A program made the translations under genes and the position numbers. Below the pieces are notes generated by a model. The model worked only from the letters and a program-made list of their open reading frames with translations. It had not been told where the DNA came from and searched no databases. A DNA stretch of 34,024 nucleotides from Myxococcota bacterium (GTDB lineage Bacteria > Myxococcota > SpSt-1050): positions 1 to 34,024 of the forward strand of contig JBMFOP010000022.1 in assembly GCA_049969675.1 (NCBI GenBank). Direction: 5' to 3'. Below, piece after piece: positions 18,026-28,961 of the stretch; the stretch's first letter is position 1, and the number at the start of each line of letters is the position of its first letter.

Positions 18026-18433
18026 ATGGCAGAGAGGAGAAAGATAGAGAGAAGAATACAGAAAGAGGTGAATGTAGCAAAGGAGAGGAGGAGGATTGAG
18101 AGGAGGAGGGGAGAGAGACGCGAGACACCGAGGGTTGCGGTAAAGATGTGGCTTGATGGGATTGAGACTGAAGAGAGTGGATGGGAGTATTTTGGAAATA
18201 TCAGCCTTGGTGGTGCCTTTATAGAGACAGATACGCCACCTCAGGAAGGTAAAATAGTAAATATCAAATTGAGGGATATTGACGAAGAAGGAGACCTGAT
18301 AATTAAGGGGAGGGTGATAGGAGTGGATGTGGAGCGCGGGATAAGGGTCAAATTTTGTGAAATGGAATTTGAGGATGAAAGAAGGCTGGCGAGATATATT
18401 GATGAATTAATTGCGAAAGGATTGTTATATTGA
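18026..18433 (+). CDS. PilZ domain protein with an Arg-rich N-terminal extension
   Basis: ERRETPR (RxxxR), NISLGGAFI, GIRVKF motifs. Confidence 0.88.
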   Translation: MAERRKIERRIQKEVNVAKERRRIERRRGERRETPRVAVKMWLDGIETEESGWEYFGNISLGGAFIETDTPPQEGKIVNIKLRDIDEEGDLIIKGRVIGVDVERGIRVKFCEMEFEDERRLARYIDELIAKGLLY

Positions 18434-18864
18434 ATTTAGAAGATATAACTTTGCTCATTATTGATGATGAAGAACAGATGCGGAGGGTGATGAGCTATGT
18501 CATACAAAATTCTGAATATTCGTTTCTGCAGATAAGAGAGGCATCATCTGCTGAGGAGGCAATGGGTGTCCTTGCGAAGGAGAATATTGAGATAATTATA
18601 TGTGATTATCTCCTTGATAGTATGAGCGGAATAGAATTTTTTAAGGACATAAGTATTAAATACCCCTATACAGTTCGGATATTAATCAGCGGAAATGTCA
18701 ACTATGATGAACTAAGACTGGCGATCTTGAGAGGGGATATATTTAGATTTATCTCCAAGCCGTTTGATGAAGAGGAGATATTAAAGGTAATCCCGGATGC
18801 GATTAAGATTGTTAATGAAAATAGACTGAAGAAAGAACTGGCTGATAGGCTTAAAGATTTTTAA
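18430..18864 (+). CDS. single-domain response regulator (REC)
   Basis: IIDDE, ICD phospho-acceptor, MSG, ISG, KPF; TTG start overlapping the upstream TGA. Confidence 0.9.
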   Translation: MNLEDITLLIIDDEEQMRRVMSYVIQNSEYSFLQIREASSAEEAMGVLAKENIEIIICDYLLDSMSGIEFFKDISIKYPYTVRILISGNVNYDELRLAILRGDIFRFISKPFDEEEILKVIPDAIKIVNENRLKKELADRLKDF

Positions 18865-18947
18865 ATCTATAATAACCATCTCTAACTTAAAACTAATTAT
18901 ATTGACATTGTGGTTTTTTGGTATTAGTTAAATTCTTCCATTTTTGA

Positions 18948-19020
18948 CGGCACTGTTATCCGCCCATAACAGATAGCCGCTGATTAATTATTAACAACCC
19001 CTGGTAGGGCGGTATCAGGG
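18948..19020 (+). promoter_or_regulatory. structured rpsA 5' leader: two hairpins with complementary loops
   Basis: Hairpin 1 CTGTTAT-CCGCCC-ATAACAG with outer CGGC/GCCG; hairpin 2 CCCTGGTA-GGGCGG-TATCAGGG. Confidence 0.7.
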
Positions 19021-19042
19021 CAATATTTTGGAAGGTTTTTTA

Positions 19043-20800
19043 ATGGAAGAGAAGATTAAGGAAGTAGGTAAAGTTGAAAGATTCAATGAGAAAAAGGTAG
19101 ACGATTCACCGGAATCATTTGCAAAGTTACTTGAAGAGACAGACCAGAAGAGGATTGGACCACAGGAGGGTGAAGTTATTAAAGGTAAGGTTGTCAGGGT
19201 TCAGAAGGATTATGTCCTTGTAGATGTAGGGCTAAAATCTGAAGGGAAGATAAATATCCTTGAATTCGGTACAAAGATTCCCAAGGAGGGCGATACCGTT
19301 GAGGTATTGCTTGAGCAATATGAAGATAACGATGGACTTATAGTCCTATCAAAGGAGAAGGCAGACAAGATAAAGGTATGGGACGACATCAATTATGCAT
19401 ATGAACACAATACCCCTATTGAAGGAACGATTGTAGCCAAGGTCAATAAGGGCCTCTCAGTTGATATCGGAGTCAGGGCATTTCTACCCGGTTCACATGT
19501 TGATTTAAGGCCTGTAAAGAACTTTGAGAAACTGATAGGTACAACAGCCAAATTTAAGATTATAAAGTTTAATAAGAAGAGAGGAAATATTGTCCTTTCA
19601 CGCAGGCAGATACTTGAAGAGGAGCGAGAACAACAGAGGAAGGAGACACTTGCAAAACTGAAAGAGGGAGAGATTGTAAAGGGTGTTGTCAAGAACATTA
19701 CCGAATATGGTGTATTCATTGACCTCGGTGGTGTGGATGGACTATTGCATATCTCCGATATCACATGGGGAAGAATAAATCACCCCGAAGAACAGTTTAA
19801 GGTTGGTGATGAAGTTCAGGTAAAGGTCCTTAAATATGATAAGGCTACCGAGAAGGTATCACTCGGTATCAAACAGATGACAGAGGATCCATGGTTAAAG
19901 GTTCACGAGAAGTATCCTATTGGCACAAAGGTAAAGGGAAAGATAGTAAGTCTGCCCGACTACGGAATTTTTGTTGAGATTGAGCCTGGAATAGAGGGGC
20001 TTGTGCATGTAAGCGAAATCAGCTGGACAAAGAAGAGTAAGAATCCTTTAAAGAATTTCAATCTTGGTGACATTATTGAGGCAGTTGTTCTGGATGTAGA
20101 CCCCATAGGCAGGAGAATCTCGCTCGGGATGAAACAACTTGAACCGAATCCGTGGTTGATACTTAAAGAGAAGTTTCCGATCGGCACAAGAGTCAAGGGT
20201 AAAATTAAGAATATTACTGATTTTGGTATTTTTATTGGAGTGGATGAGGGCATTGATGGATTGGTGCATATCTCTGACCTGACATGGTCCCAGAGAATCA
20301 AACATCCGGGCGAACTCTATAAGAAGGGGGATGAGGTTGAAGCTGTTGTATTAAATATTGATGTGGAGAATGAGAGATTCTCACTCGGTATTAAGCAACT
20401 CACTCCGGATCCATGGACACAATTTGTAGATGAGTATTCTGTAGGTTCCAAAGTTCAGGGTAAGGTGGTAAAGGTGACAGATTTTGGTGCCTTTGTGGAG
20501 ATCATCCCGGGCATAGAAGGGCTGTTGCATGTAAGCGAGATGAAAGAAGAGAGGATTGATAATCCAAAACAGGTAGTAAAAGAGGGAGATAATGTTAGAG
20601 TAATGGTAATTGACATTAATCACGCCGACCGGAAGGTCGCACTCTCAATGAAGTCGCTTGCAAAGCTCGGTGAGGAGGAGGACTTTCAGGCATATCAGCA
20701 GAAGCAGGGGGATTCAAGAGGGAAACTTGGAGATATATTAAGACAGGAAGGTATTCTGGAGCAGTTCAAGAAGGGAGAAGATAAAGAGAAGGACAAATAG
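19043..20800 (+). CDS. rpsA: 30S ribosomal protein S1
   Basis: Six S1 repeats (GVVKNITEYGVFIDLGGVDGLLHISD etc.); start ATG 19043. Confidence 0.98.
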   Translation: MEEKIKEVGKVERFNEKKVDDSPESFAKLLEETDQKRIGPQEGEVIKGKVVRVQKDYVLVDVGLKSEGKINILEFGTKIPKEGDTVEVLLEQYEDNDGLIVLSKEKADKIKVWDDINYAYEHNTPIEGTIVAKVNKGLSVDIGVRAFLPGSHVDLRPVKNFEKLIGTTAKFKIIKFNKKRGNIVLSRRQILEEEREQQRKETLAKLKEGEIVKGVVKNITEYGVFIDLGGVDGLLHISDITWGRINHPEEQFKVGDEVQVKVLKYDKATEKVSLGIKQMTEDPWLKVHEKYPIGTKVKGKIVSLPDYGIFVEIEPGIEGLVHVSEISWTKKSKNPLKNFNLGDIIEAVVLDVDPIGRRISLGMKQLEPNPWLILKEKFPIGTRVKGKIKNITDFGIFIGVDEGIDGLVHISDLTWSQRIKHPGELYKKGDEVEAVVLNIDVENERFSLGIKQLTPDPWTQFVDEYSVGSKVQGKVVKVTDFGAFVEIIPGIEGLLHVSEMKEERIDNPKQVVKEGDNVRVMVIDINHADRKVALSMKSLAKLGEEEDFQAYQQKQGDSRGKLGDILRQEGILEQFKKGEDKEKDK

Positions 20801-20808
20801 CACTGATT

Positions 20809-21696
20809 TTGATGAGGTATAACGGATTAAAATTTATATTATTGCTCTCTATTGTTATCTTGCTAAACTCCTGTTTCTTCCCTGTCCTTGAGAAGGATAA
20901 GATTGTAAGTGGGCCCAGGATCGGGATAATAGAAGTTAGAGGTATAATAGAAGATTCCAAGACATTCCTGAGACAACTTAAGAAATTTGCTACTGATTCT
21001 GATATAAAAGGTATTCTGATAAGGGTAGATTCACCGGGCGGGACTGTTGGTCCAACGCAGGAGATATATAGTGAGATTAGAAAGGTAAGTAAGAAGAAGA
21101 AGGTGTATGTCTCAATAGGGAATGTTGCAGCCTCGGGTGGATATTATATTGCGTCTGCGGGAGAGAAGATATTTGCTAATCCAGGCTCCATTACTGGCTC
21201 TATTGGTGTAATAATGCAGACCGTTAATGTAGAGAAACTCGTCAGGCTAATGAAGATTGATGTAGAGACTATAAAGAGCGGAAAATATAAGGACATGGGT
21301 ACTCCTTTTAAGGAGATGACTGATGAAGAGAGAGAGATGCTATCGGGAGTTACAAAGGATATTCACAATCAATTTATTGAGGATATCGCGAGGGCAAGAA
21401 GGCTCTCTATTGAGAAAGTGAGAGAGATAGCAGATGGGAGGATTATGACCGGCTTGAGTGCAAGGAATTATGGGCTGGTTGATGAGATAGGTTCAATTGA
21501 GGATGCCACTGAGACTCTCTGGAATGACCTGAAACTTTCTGGAGAACCCAGGGTTACCTATCCGAAGAGACAGTCTCCCTCATTCCTTAAGGAAATTATG
21601 GATTCGCTCTCTGAGGATGTGGAGGAACGACTTGGCTTAAATAAGAGGGGTTTCTCATTCTGGTTTTTAAGCCCTTATATAGATAATATCAATTGA
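20809..21696 (+). CDS. sppA: signal peptide peptidase SppA (36K type, S49)
   Basis: DSPGG, AASGGYY, GSIGV, KSGKYKD, ADGRI motifs; possible lipobox LNSC. Confidence 0.95.
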   Translation: MMRYNGLKFILLLSIVILLNSCFFPVLEKDKIVSGPRIGIIEVRGIIEDSKTFLRQLKKFATDSDIKGILIRVDSPGGTVGPTQEIYSEIRKVSKKKKVYVSIGNVAASGGYYIASAGEKIFANPGSITGSIGVIMQTVNVEKLVRLMKIDVETIKSGKYKDMGTPFKEMTDEEREMLSGVTKDIHNQFIEDIARARRLSIEKVREIADGRIMTGLSARNYGLVDEIGSIEDATETLWNDLKLSGEPRVTYPKRQSPSFLKEIMDSLSEDVEERLGLNKRGFSFWFLSPYIDNIN

Positions 21697-21804
21697 TTGA
21701 GTTGTGTTTTTAATAATTTTAATCTTGAATTATTAAAAAAGCTGTGTGAATTTTTGTCTGTATGTGGAAGAGAATAGTAAGATTGTGTTGATGGAGATTG
21801 TGAT

Positions 21805-22299
21805 ATGGATAGAATTTTTGCACCATGGAGAGGTGAGTATATCAGAGGAAGTATTAATGATACTGGATGTATCTTCTGCGATAAACCGAAAGAGGGGAAG
21901 GATAGGGATAACCTGATATTGTATAGAGATGAACTGATATTTGTAATAATGAATAAATTTCCATATAACTCCGGGCATTTAATGGTTGTCCCCTTAAAAC
22001 ATACAGCAGATATGTCTGAGCTCTCTGATGAGGAGATGGTAAGACTCTTTAGATTTGCGGATTATTCAATAAGGATTTTAAGGAGTAAATATAGTGCTCA
22101 GGGTATAAATGTAGGGATGAATATTGGTAGAGTTGCAGGTGCAGGTGTTGACCAGCATCTGCATATACATATTGTTCCGAGGTATAATGGGGATACCAAT
22201 TTTATGCCTATTCTGGCTGAGACCAAGATAATCTCTGAACATCTGATGAGAACTTATGATGAATTGGTAATAGAGTTTGATAAATTAATGAAGGGTTGA
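21805..22299 (+). CDS. HIT family hydrolase
   Basis: APWR, CIFC, NKFPYNSGH, AGAG, HLHIHIVPR motifs. Confidence 0.95.
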   Translation: MDRIFAPWRGEYIRGSINDTGCIFCDKPKEGKDRDNLILYRDELIFVIMNKFPYNSGHLMVVPLKHTADMSELSDEEMVRLFRFADYSIRILRSKYSAQGINVGMNIGRVAGAGVDQHLHIHIVPRYNGDTNFMPILAETKIISEHLMRTYDELVIEFDKLMKG

Positions 22300-23598
<1,299 letters not shown>

Positions 23599-23616
23599 TT
23601 TAAGAGAGGGAAGAGG

Positions 23617-23874
23617 ATGGACAGAGTGATAATCCTTGCTGCACTGTTTATAGTCATTATTGTTGGAGGCATAAATAGACGGGTGGGTGGTGTGCTGGGG
23701 ATGATATTTACTGCGGGACTTACATACTGGGGTCTTGGTGTGTTAAAGAGCGGTGGGATGCTGTATATACTAAAGTTCAATTTGAGCCAGAATGTCTTTC
23801 TGATTATAATGGGATCATTCTTTTTATATAATCTTTTTCTTGCTGTTGTAGGGGATAGGAGAGAGAAGAATTGA
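23617..23874 (+). CDS. small membrane protein (about 3 TM helices)
   Basis: 85 aa, three hydrophobic stretches, purine-rich RBS. Confidence 0.7.
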   Translation: MDRVIILAALFIVIIVGGINRRVGGVLGMIFTAGLTYWGLGVLKSGGMLYILKFNLSQNVFLIIMGSFFLYNLFLAVVGDRREKN

Positions 23875-23881
23875 ATTTATC

Positions 23882-25360
23882 TTATTTTGGCTCTTCATAA
23901 GCCTTCTCTGAGAACTCTTTCCCATTAAAACTGATTAGTGTCTGCCTCCCTTTAATAACTGTCCAGAGATGAACAGGTCTCTTCCAGATATAAAAGATGT
24001 TTTTGAGAGTCTCTTTAGCCCATTCATAATGTAGTTCAACATCCTCATAGTGATGTTTTAAGAGAAGTTCACCTCTATTCCCGAATGAATCATCAATTAA
24101 CGATATTATTGGATTTCCCATATTGGTTAGTATAAAGAGTAATTGCTTCTTTATCTGATTAAATTCCCTGCTCTTGATTTCATATTGATTTGTATCGGCA
24201 TTATAGGCGAATGTAAAGAGTTTATTCCTCCTTGCGAAATCCTCGGTCATAAATTCATCAATAAAGGTGATATCGTTGTGTAGCCTTCTCACCTCAAAGA
24301 CCTTCTGCAATCCCTGATTGAGCTTCAAATCCCAGTTTCTCTTACGGGTCATATCAGTGCATTCCTCATAATCCCTCCCAAATCTCCCCTTGTTCCACCT
24401 TTCCTCAATATCTCTGAAGAGCTCGAGTCCAATCTTGTAAGGATTGAATCCGCCGGGCTGAATGGCGACTGTCCCTGAGTGATGGTCAGCATAGTCAATC
24501 AGTTCATCATCTCTTAATGCCATCATGGTCATTATTCTGGAATGCCAGAAAGTAGCCCAGCCCTCATTCATTATCTTGGTCTGCCCCTGAGGCACAAAAT
24601 AGTATGCCTCCTCTCTAATAATTGAGAGTATATCCTGTTGCCATTCTTTAAGTGGTGCGTTTTTTATCAGGAATAAGAGTATATCTCTTACTGGAGAGAA
24701 TATATTCTTCAAGGCGATATCCTTTTCAGTTTCGGGCTCTTCTTCTGATTTCTCCTCTACAGGGTTGATAAAGTGAGACATATATTCTTTCCTGACAGGA
24801 AATTTTTTAGTTTGTTTTCTCTTATCTTCCTGCCCGGTGTTTAATATTGGCCTTTTGATATAAGGTGAATGAATATCTATCAGATTGTCAATACTCAGAC
24901 AGATGTCAATAAATTGTTCGACTACATCTATACCAAATTTTTCTATATATTTCTTTATTCTGGTAGCGTGATTCGCTGTCTCATCCATCATCTTCCTGTT
25001 GGTATGTGCAAAGTAGATATTATTCTTGAAAAAGTCACAATGCGCATATACATGTGCCATTACCAGTTTTTGGTCAACCTCTTTATTGGAATCCAGAAGA
25101 TATGCGTAACAGGGATTATTATTTATCACCATCTCATAAATTCTCTGTAATCCATAGGAATATCCCTTTAAGAGCTCCTCATACTCCATTCCGAATCGCC
25201 AGTGAGGATATCTATTTGGGAAACCACCGTATGCAGCAATCATATTGATTTGGTCCCATGGCAAAAGTTCAAATATCACCTCAAAGAAGTCCAGACCGGA
25301 CTTTCTTGCATATTCTTCAATCTCTATTCTGATGTTATTTAGTCTTTCAGGTAATGCCAT
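23882..25360 (-). CDS. spoVR: SpoVR/YcgB family protein
   Basis: RYPHWRFG, IYEMVINNNPC, HVYAHCDFFKNN, TKIMNEGWATFWH, NPY motifs. Confidence 0.95.
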   Translation of the reverse strand: MALPERLNNIRIEIEEYARKSGLDFFEVIFELLPWDQINMIAAYGGFPNRYPHWRFGMEYEELLKGYSYGLQRIYEMVINNNPCYAYLLDSNKEVDQKLVMAHVYAHCDFFKNNIYFAHTNRKMMDETANHATRIKKYIEKFGIDVVEQFIDICLSIDNLIDIHSPYIKRPILNTGQEDKRKQTKKFPVRKEYMSHFINPVEEKSEEEPETEKDIALKNIFSPVRDILLFLIKNAPLKEWQQDILSIIREEAYYFVPQGQTKIMNEGWATFWHSRIMTMMALRDDELIDYADHHSGTVAIQPGGFNPYKIGLELFRDIEERWNKGRFGRDYEECTDMTRKRNWDLKLNQGLQKVFEVRRLHNDITFIDEFMTEDFARRNKLFTFAYNADTNQYEIKSREFNQIKKQLLFILTNMGNPIISLIDDSFGNRGELLLKHHYEDVELHYEWAKETLKNIFYIWKRPVHLWTVIKGRQTLISFNGKEFSEKAYEEPK

Positions 25361-25365
25361 AAGAT

Positions 25366-26475
25366 CTACCTGCCCTTACCTAAAAATGTCTTTATAGAGT
25401 CATAGATTGCATCCCTATCCTGAATAAATGAGAAAGATATGTTCTCGGTGTTAGAGAAGTTTTCCTCCAGAATCTTAATAAAATCCCCTTCCCCATAATG
25501 ACTCGCTACCTGTCCATAACAGAAGAGATTAATCTTATTGAGTATCCTGTTTGAGAGAGTCTCAATACAGACCTTATTGTCATCATCACCCCAGTTCTCG
25601 CCATCACTGAAATGGAATGCATATATATTCCATTCATCTATGGAGTATGACTTTTCAATTATATCAGCAAGCAAAATATATGCACTGCTTATCATTGTCC
25701 CGCCACTCTCCCTTAAAGAGAAGAACGCCTCTCTGTCCACTTCTCTGGCTGCCACATCGTGAACTATATATCTGGTCTCAAGTCCGGGATAATGTTTCCT
25801 GAGCCATGCATCTATCCAGAATGATTCAATCCTTACTATATCTTTCTGTTCATCTCCCATTGAGCCCGATATATCCATTAGATAGAATATGACCGCATTT
25901 GATTCAAGTGTCCTCATCGGCTTTCCGGATTTATATCTAACATCCTCCTTAATAGGAATAATAATTGGTTTATCAAATCTGTATGTGCCGGATGCGATTT
26001 GTCTCTTTAGAGCCTCCTTGTATGTCCTCTTAAAGTGTCTGAGACTCTCTGGCCCAATCCTTGAAATGCTTCTATATCTGGTTTTGAGACTCTCAATTTT
26101 ATGTTTTCCCCGCGGTTGAATTCGGGGAAGTTGTAACTCTTCACCCAGAATCTCCGCCAGTTCATCAATGGTGAGTTCTACCTCCATTATATGCAGACCT
26201 GGCTGATTCCCCGCCTTCCCTTTCCCTTCCTTTCCCTGTTCTCCCTGTCCAATCGGTGTCCCCACTTCTCCATCTCCCTGTCCGACACCTCCGCCTGATT
26301 GAGGGTTGTGCTTGAATCTCGGTAACTCAATCTGTGGGAGTGGAATGGATACTATATCCTTCCCCTTCTTCCCGAGCATATCGCTGTGTTTGATAAACTT
26401 TCTTAAATTCTCTCTAATCTTCCCCTTTACTATCTTTCTGAATCTGTTGTGATCACTCTCAATATTAAGTGCCAT
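25366..26475 (-). CDS. yeaH: DUF444 YeaH/YhbH family vWA-like protein
   Basis: Gly-rich GVGQGDG...AG.QPG.H, MDISGSMG (MIDAS), ESGGT, HFSDGENW motifs. Confidence 0.93.
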   Translation of the reverse strand: MALNIESDHNRFRKIVKGKIRENLRKFIKHSDMLGKKGKDIVSIPLPQIELPRFKHNPQSGGGVGQGDGEVGTPIGQGEQGKEGKGKAGNQPGLHIMEVELTIDELAEILGEELQLPRIQPRGKHKIESLKTRYRSISRIGPESLRHFKRTYKEALKRQIASGTYRFDKPIIIPIKEDVRYKSGKPMRTLESNAVIFYLMDISGSMGDEQKDIVRIESFWIDAWLRKHYPGLETRYIVHDVAAREVDREAFFSLRESGGTMISSAYILLADIIEKSYSIDEWNIYAFHFSDGENWGDDDNKVCIETLSNRILNKINLFCYGQVASHYGEGDFIKILEENFSNTENISFSFIQDRDAIYDSIKTFLGKGR

Positions 26476-26488
26476 AGCAGTTTAAGCC

Positions 26489-28534
26489 CTACTTGGAATC
26501 TCCCCTTGCGAATATTGAAGCCACAAACTGTAATACATCAGTGGCACAGATCTCGCAATAGCCATAGTTGTTTATCAATCTTGCCTTTACAATATCTATC
26601 TTCTCCTGTGTGTCTTTATCTACCACAGAGGAGACCAGAGATGTAAGTTTTATAGTATCCTTCTGGTCCTCAAATAGTTTCAGTTCAAGTGCCTTAAATA
26701 GCCTTTCGTTGCTCCTGTAATCAAACTGCTTCCCCTCAAGTGCAAGTGCACCAATATAGTTCATAATCTCCTTTCTAAAATCATCCTTTCTACTATCAGG
26801 GATATCAATCTTCTCTTCAATGGACCTCATAAGTCTCTCATCTGGTTCTTCATCCTGCCCGGTATATTTATTATGAATCTTCTCCCTCTGGGTATAAGCC
26901 TTTACATTATCTATATAATTTGCACAGAGTTTGGAGATGGCAGACTCATCGGCGGCGATTGCCCTCTGAACCTCATTTTTAACAATATCCTCATACTCCT
27001 TCTTTACCTCGTTTAAGAGGTCCTTGTAATGTTTTTTCTGTTCTTCACTCGTTATAAGTGAATGGTGTTTGAGTCCACTCTCAAGTTCATTCAAGACCAT
27101 AAATGGATTTATGCAACCTTCACCCTTGTCTGAGACGAGGGCGTTGGAGATTTTATCCTGAACATATCTCGGAGATATGCCTTCCATACCCTCTCGTACT
27201 ATATCATGTCTCAACTCCTTTACAGAGTCTTCTGTAAATCCGGGGAGCGTCTTCCCGTCATAGAGTTTTAATTTTTGCATCAGAGAGAGATTAAATCTCT
27301 TTGGCTCTTCAAGTCGGGTCAGCACTGCCCACATTGCCGCCATCTCTATGGTATGTGGAGCGATATGCTTCCCCTTTATCTTATCTTCGTTGTAGTCTCT
27401 TTGATAAATCTTAATCTCCTCACTAAGTTTTGTAATATAAGGTATGTCAATCTTAACCGTTCTATCCCTTAATGCCTCCATAAATTCATTGCTCTGCAAC
27501 TTTTTGTATTCCGGTTCATTTGTATGTCCAATGATTACCTCATCAATGTCTGTCTGTGGAAACTTCTTTGGCTTTATCTTATGTTCCTGAGATGCACCGA
27601 GCAAATCATAAAGGAATGCCACATCCAGTTTTAATACTTCAATAAACTCAATCAGACCTCTATTGGCAATATTAAATTCGCCGTCGAAATTAAATGCCCG
27701 TGGGTCCGAATCTGAACCATATTCGGCGATCTTTCTGTAGTTTAAATCACCGGTAAGTTCGGTTGAGTCCTGATTCTTTTCATCTTTGGGCTGAAATGTA
27801 CCGATACCAATTCTATCCTTTTCTGAGAGAATGAGTCGCTTTATCTTTATATGTGAATATACCTTCTCCAGGTCACCTTTGTATTTGATACTCAATTCTC
27901 TAAAGATATATCTGCAAAATGGGCATAGATCTCCAGTATCTGGAATCTTAAAATCACCGGATTCAAGTTTGAGTTCTTTTATAACTTTCTGCCTTATCTC
28001 TTGAGGAATGAGATGCAGGGGTTCTTCGTGCATAGGACATGGATGCTCTTCCATATCCTCCCCATTTTTATCTTTTGGGAGTATCCAGCTATATGTATAG
28101 AGTGCGCCTTCCTCTGTCTTTGAATACTCCTCAAGACCCTTCTTCAGCAATCTAACAATAGTGCTCTTTGCACAGCCAACAGGTCCGTGTAAGAGGAGAA
28201 TTCTCTTCTCAGTTCCATATCCATTTGCGGCGCTCTTAAAGATATTTACAAGCTGCATAAGAGGGATGTCCAGTCCGAAGACAGCATCTGCACCCTGAGA
28301 TATCTCTCCATCAAAGAAATTGTAATGAATTATCTTCTTGCGGGCATCAATATATTCCCTTGTGCCGTATGAGAGTATCATATCGTATATTCTCTGAAAT
28401 GCAGTCCTTGTGACTTTAGGGTTTCTCTTTACAATTGAGAGGTAATCCTCAAATGTCCCTTCCCAGTGAAGTTCCTGAAAAGCCTTTTTGTCCTGAAGAT
28501 TGGCTATCTGGGTAATAAAGAAATTGTCTGCCAT
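26489..28534 (-). CDS. prkA: PrkA/YeaG family AAA+ serine protein kinase
   Basis: [48 protein letters not shown]; start ATG 28534 after GAGGAGG. Confidence 0.95.
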   Translation of the reverse strand: MADNFFITQIANLQDKKAFQELHWEGTFEDYLSIVKRNPKVTRTAFQRIYDMILSYGTREYIDARKKIIHYNFFDGEISQGADAVFGLDIPLMQLVNIFKSAANGYGTEKRILLLHGPVGCAKSTIVRLLKKGLEEYSKTEEGALYTYSWILPKDKNGEDMEEHPCPMHEEPLHLIPQEIRQKVIKELKLESGDFKIPDTGDLCPFCRYIFRELSIKYKGDLEKVYSHIKIKRLILSEKDRIGIGTFQPKDEKNQDSTELTGDLNYRKIAEYGSDSDPRAFNFDGEFNIANRGLIEFIEVLKLDVAFLYDLLGASQEHKIKPKKFPQTDIDEVIIGHTNEPEYKKLQSNEFMEALRDRTVKIDIPYITKLSEEIKIYQRDYNEDKIKGKHIAPHTIEMAAMWAVLTRLEEPKRFNLSLMQKLKLYDGKTLPGFTEDSVKELRHDIVREGMEGISPRYVQDKISNALVSDKGEGCINPFMVLNELESGLKHHSLITSEEQKKHYKDLLNEVKKEYEDIVKNEVQRAIAADESAISKLCANYIDNVKAYTQREKIHNKYTGQDEEPDERLMRSIEEKIDIPDSRKDDFRKEIMNYIGALALEGKQFDYRSNERLFKALELKLFEDQKDTIKLTSLVSSVVDKDTQEKIDIVKARLINNYGYCEICATDVLQFVASIFARGDSK

Positions 28535-28961
28535 AAAATCCTCCTCTATGGAGTTAAATATACCAACTAAAATTTCAAAACACAACTTTTAATTAAATAT
28601 CGCTTTTTTATTTGAGTCTCCATTATCTGAGCAATTTTATGAGAAAATTTTTTAATATGCTTAATCACAGATTGAAGAATGGTAAGTTTATATTGATAAG
28701 CAGGAAATTGCTGAATTTTTATATGTATATATATAGACAAATTTGTGATTTGATAATTGCTTAATTTAAGGAGAAATTCTTTGTAAGATTAGTGTGTTAG
28801 TGTAATGATTGGGTTATGTCAATTCAATCATAATTACTATATAATCAAATATTATTGCAAAAATATGGCTGATATCAATAAAGTATAAAGAGTTTTTAAA
28901 TTCTATTTGACAGATGTATCAATCAGTTATAAATGAGATAACCCTTTTATATGGGATATTG

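Noticed and set aside
19043..20800. Internal nucleotide repeats in rpsA
   Set aside because: Explained by tandem S1 domains.
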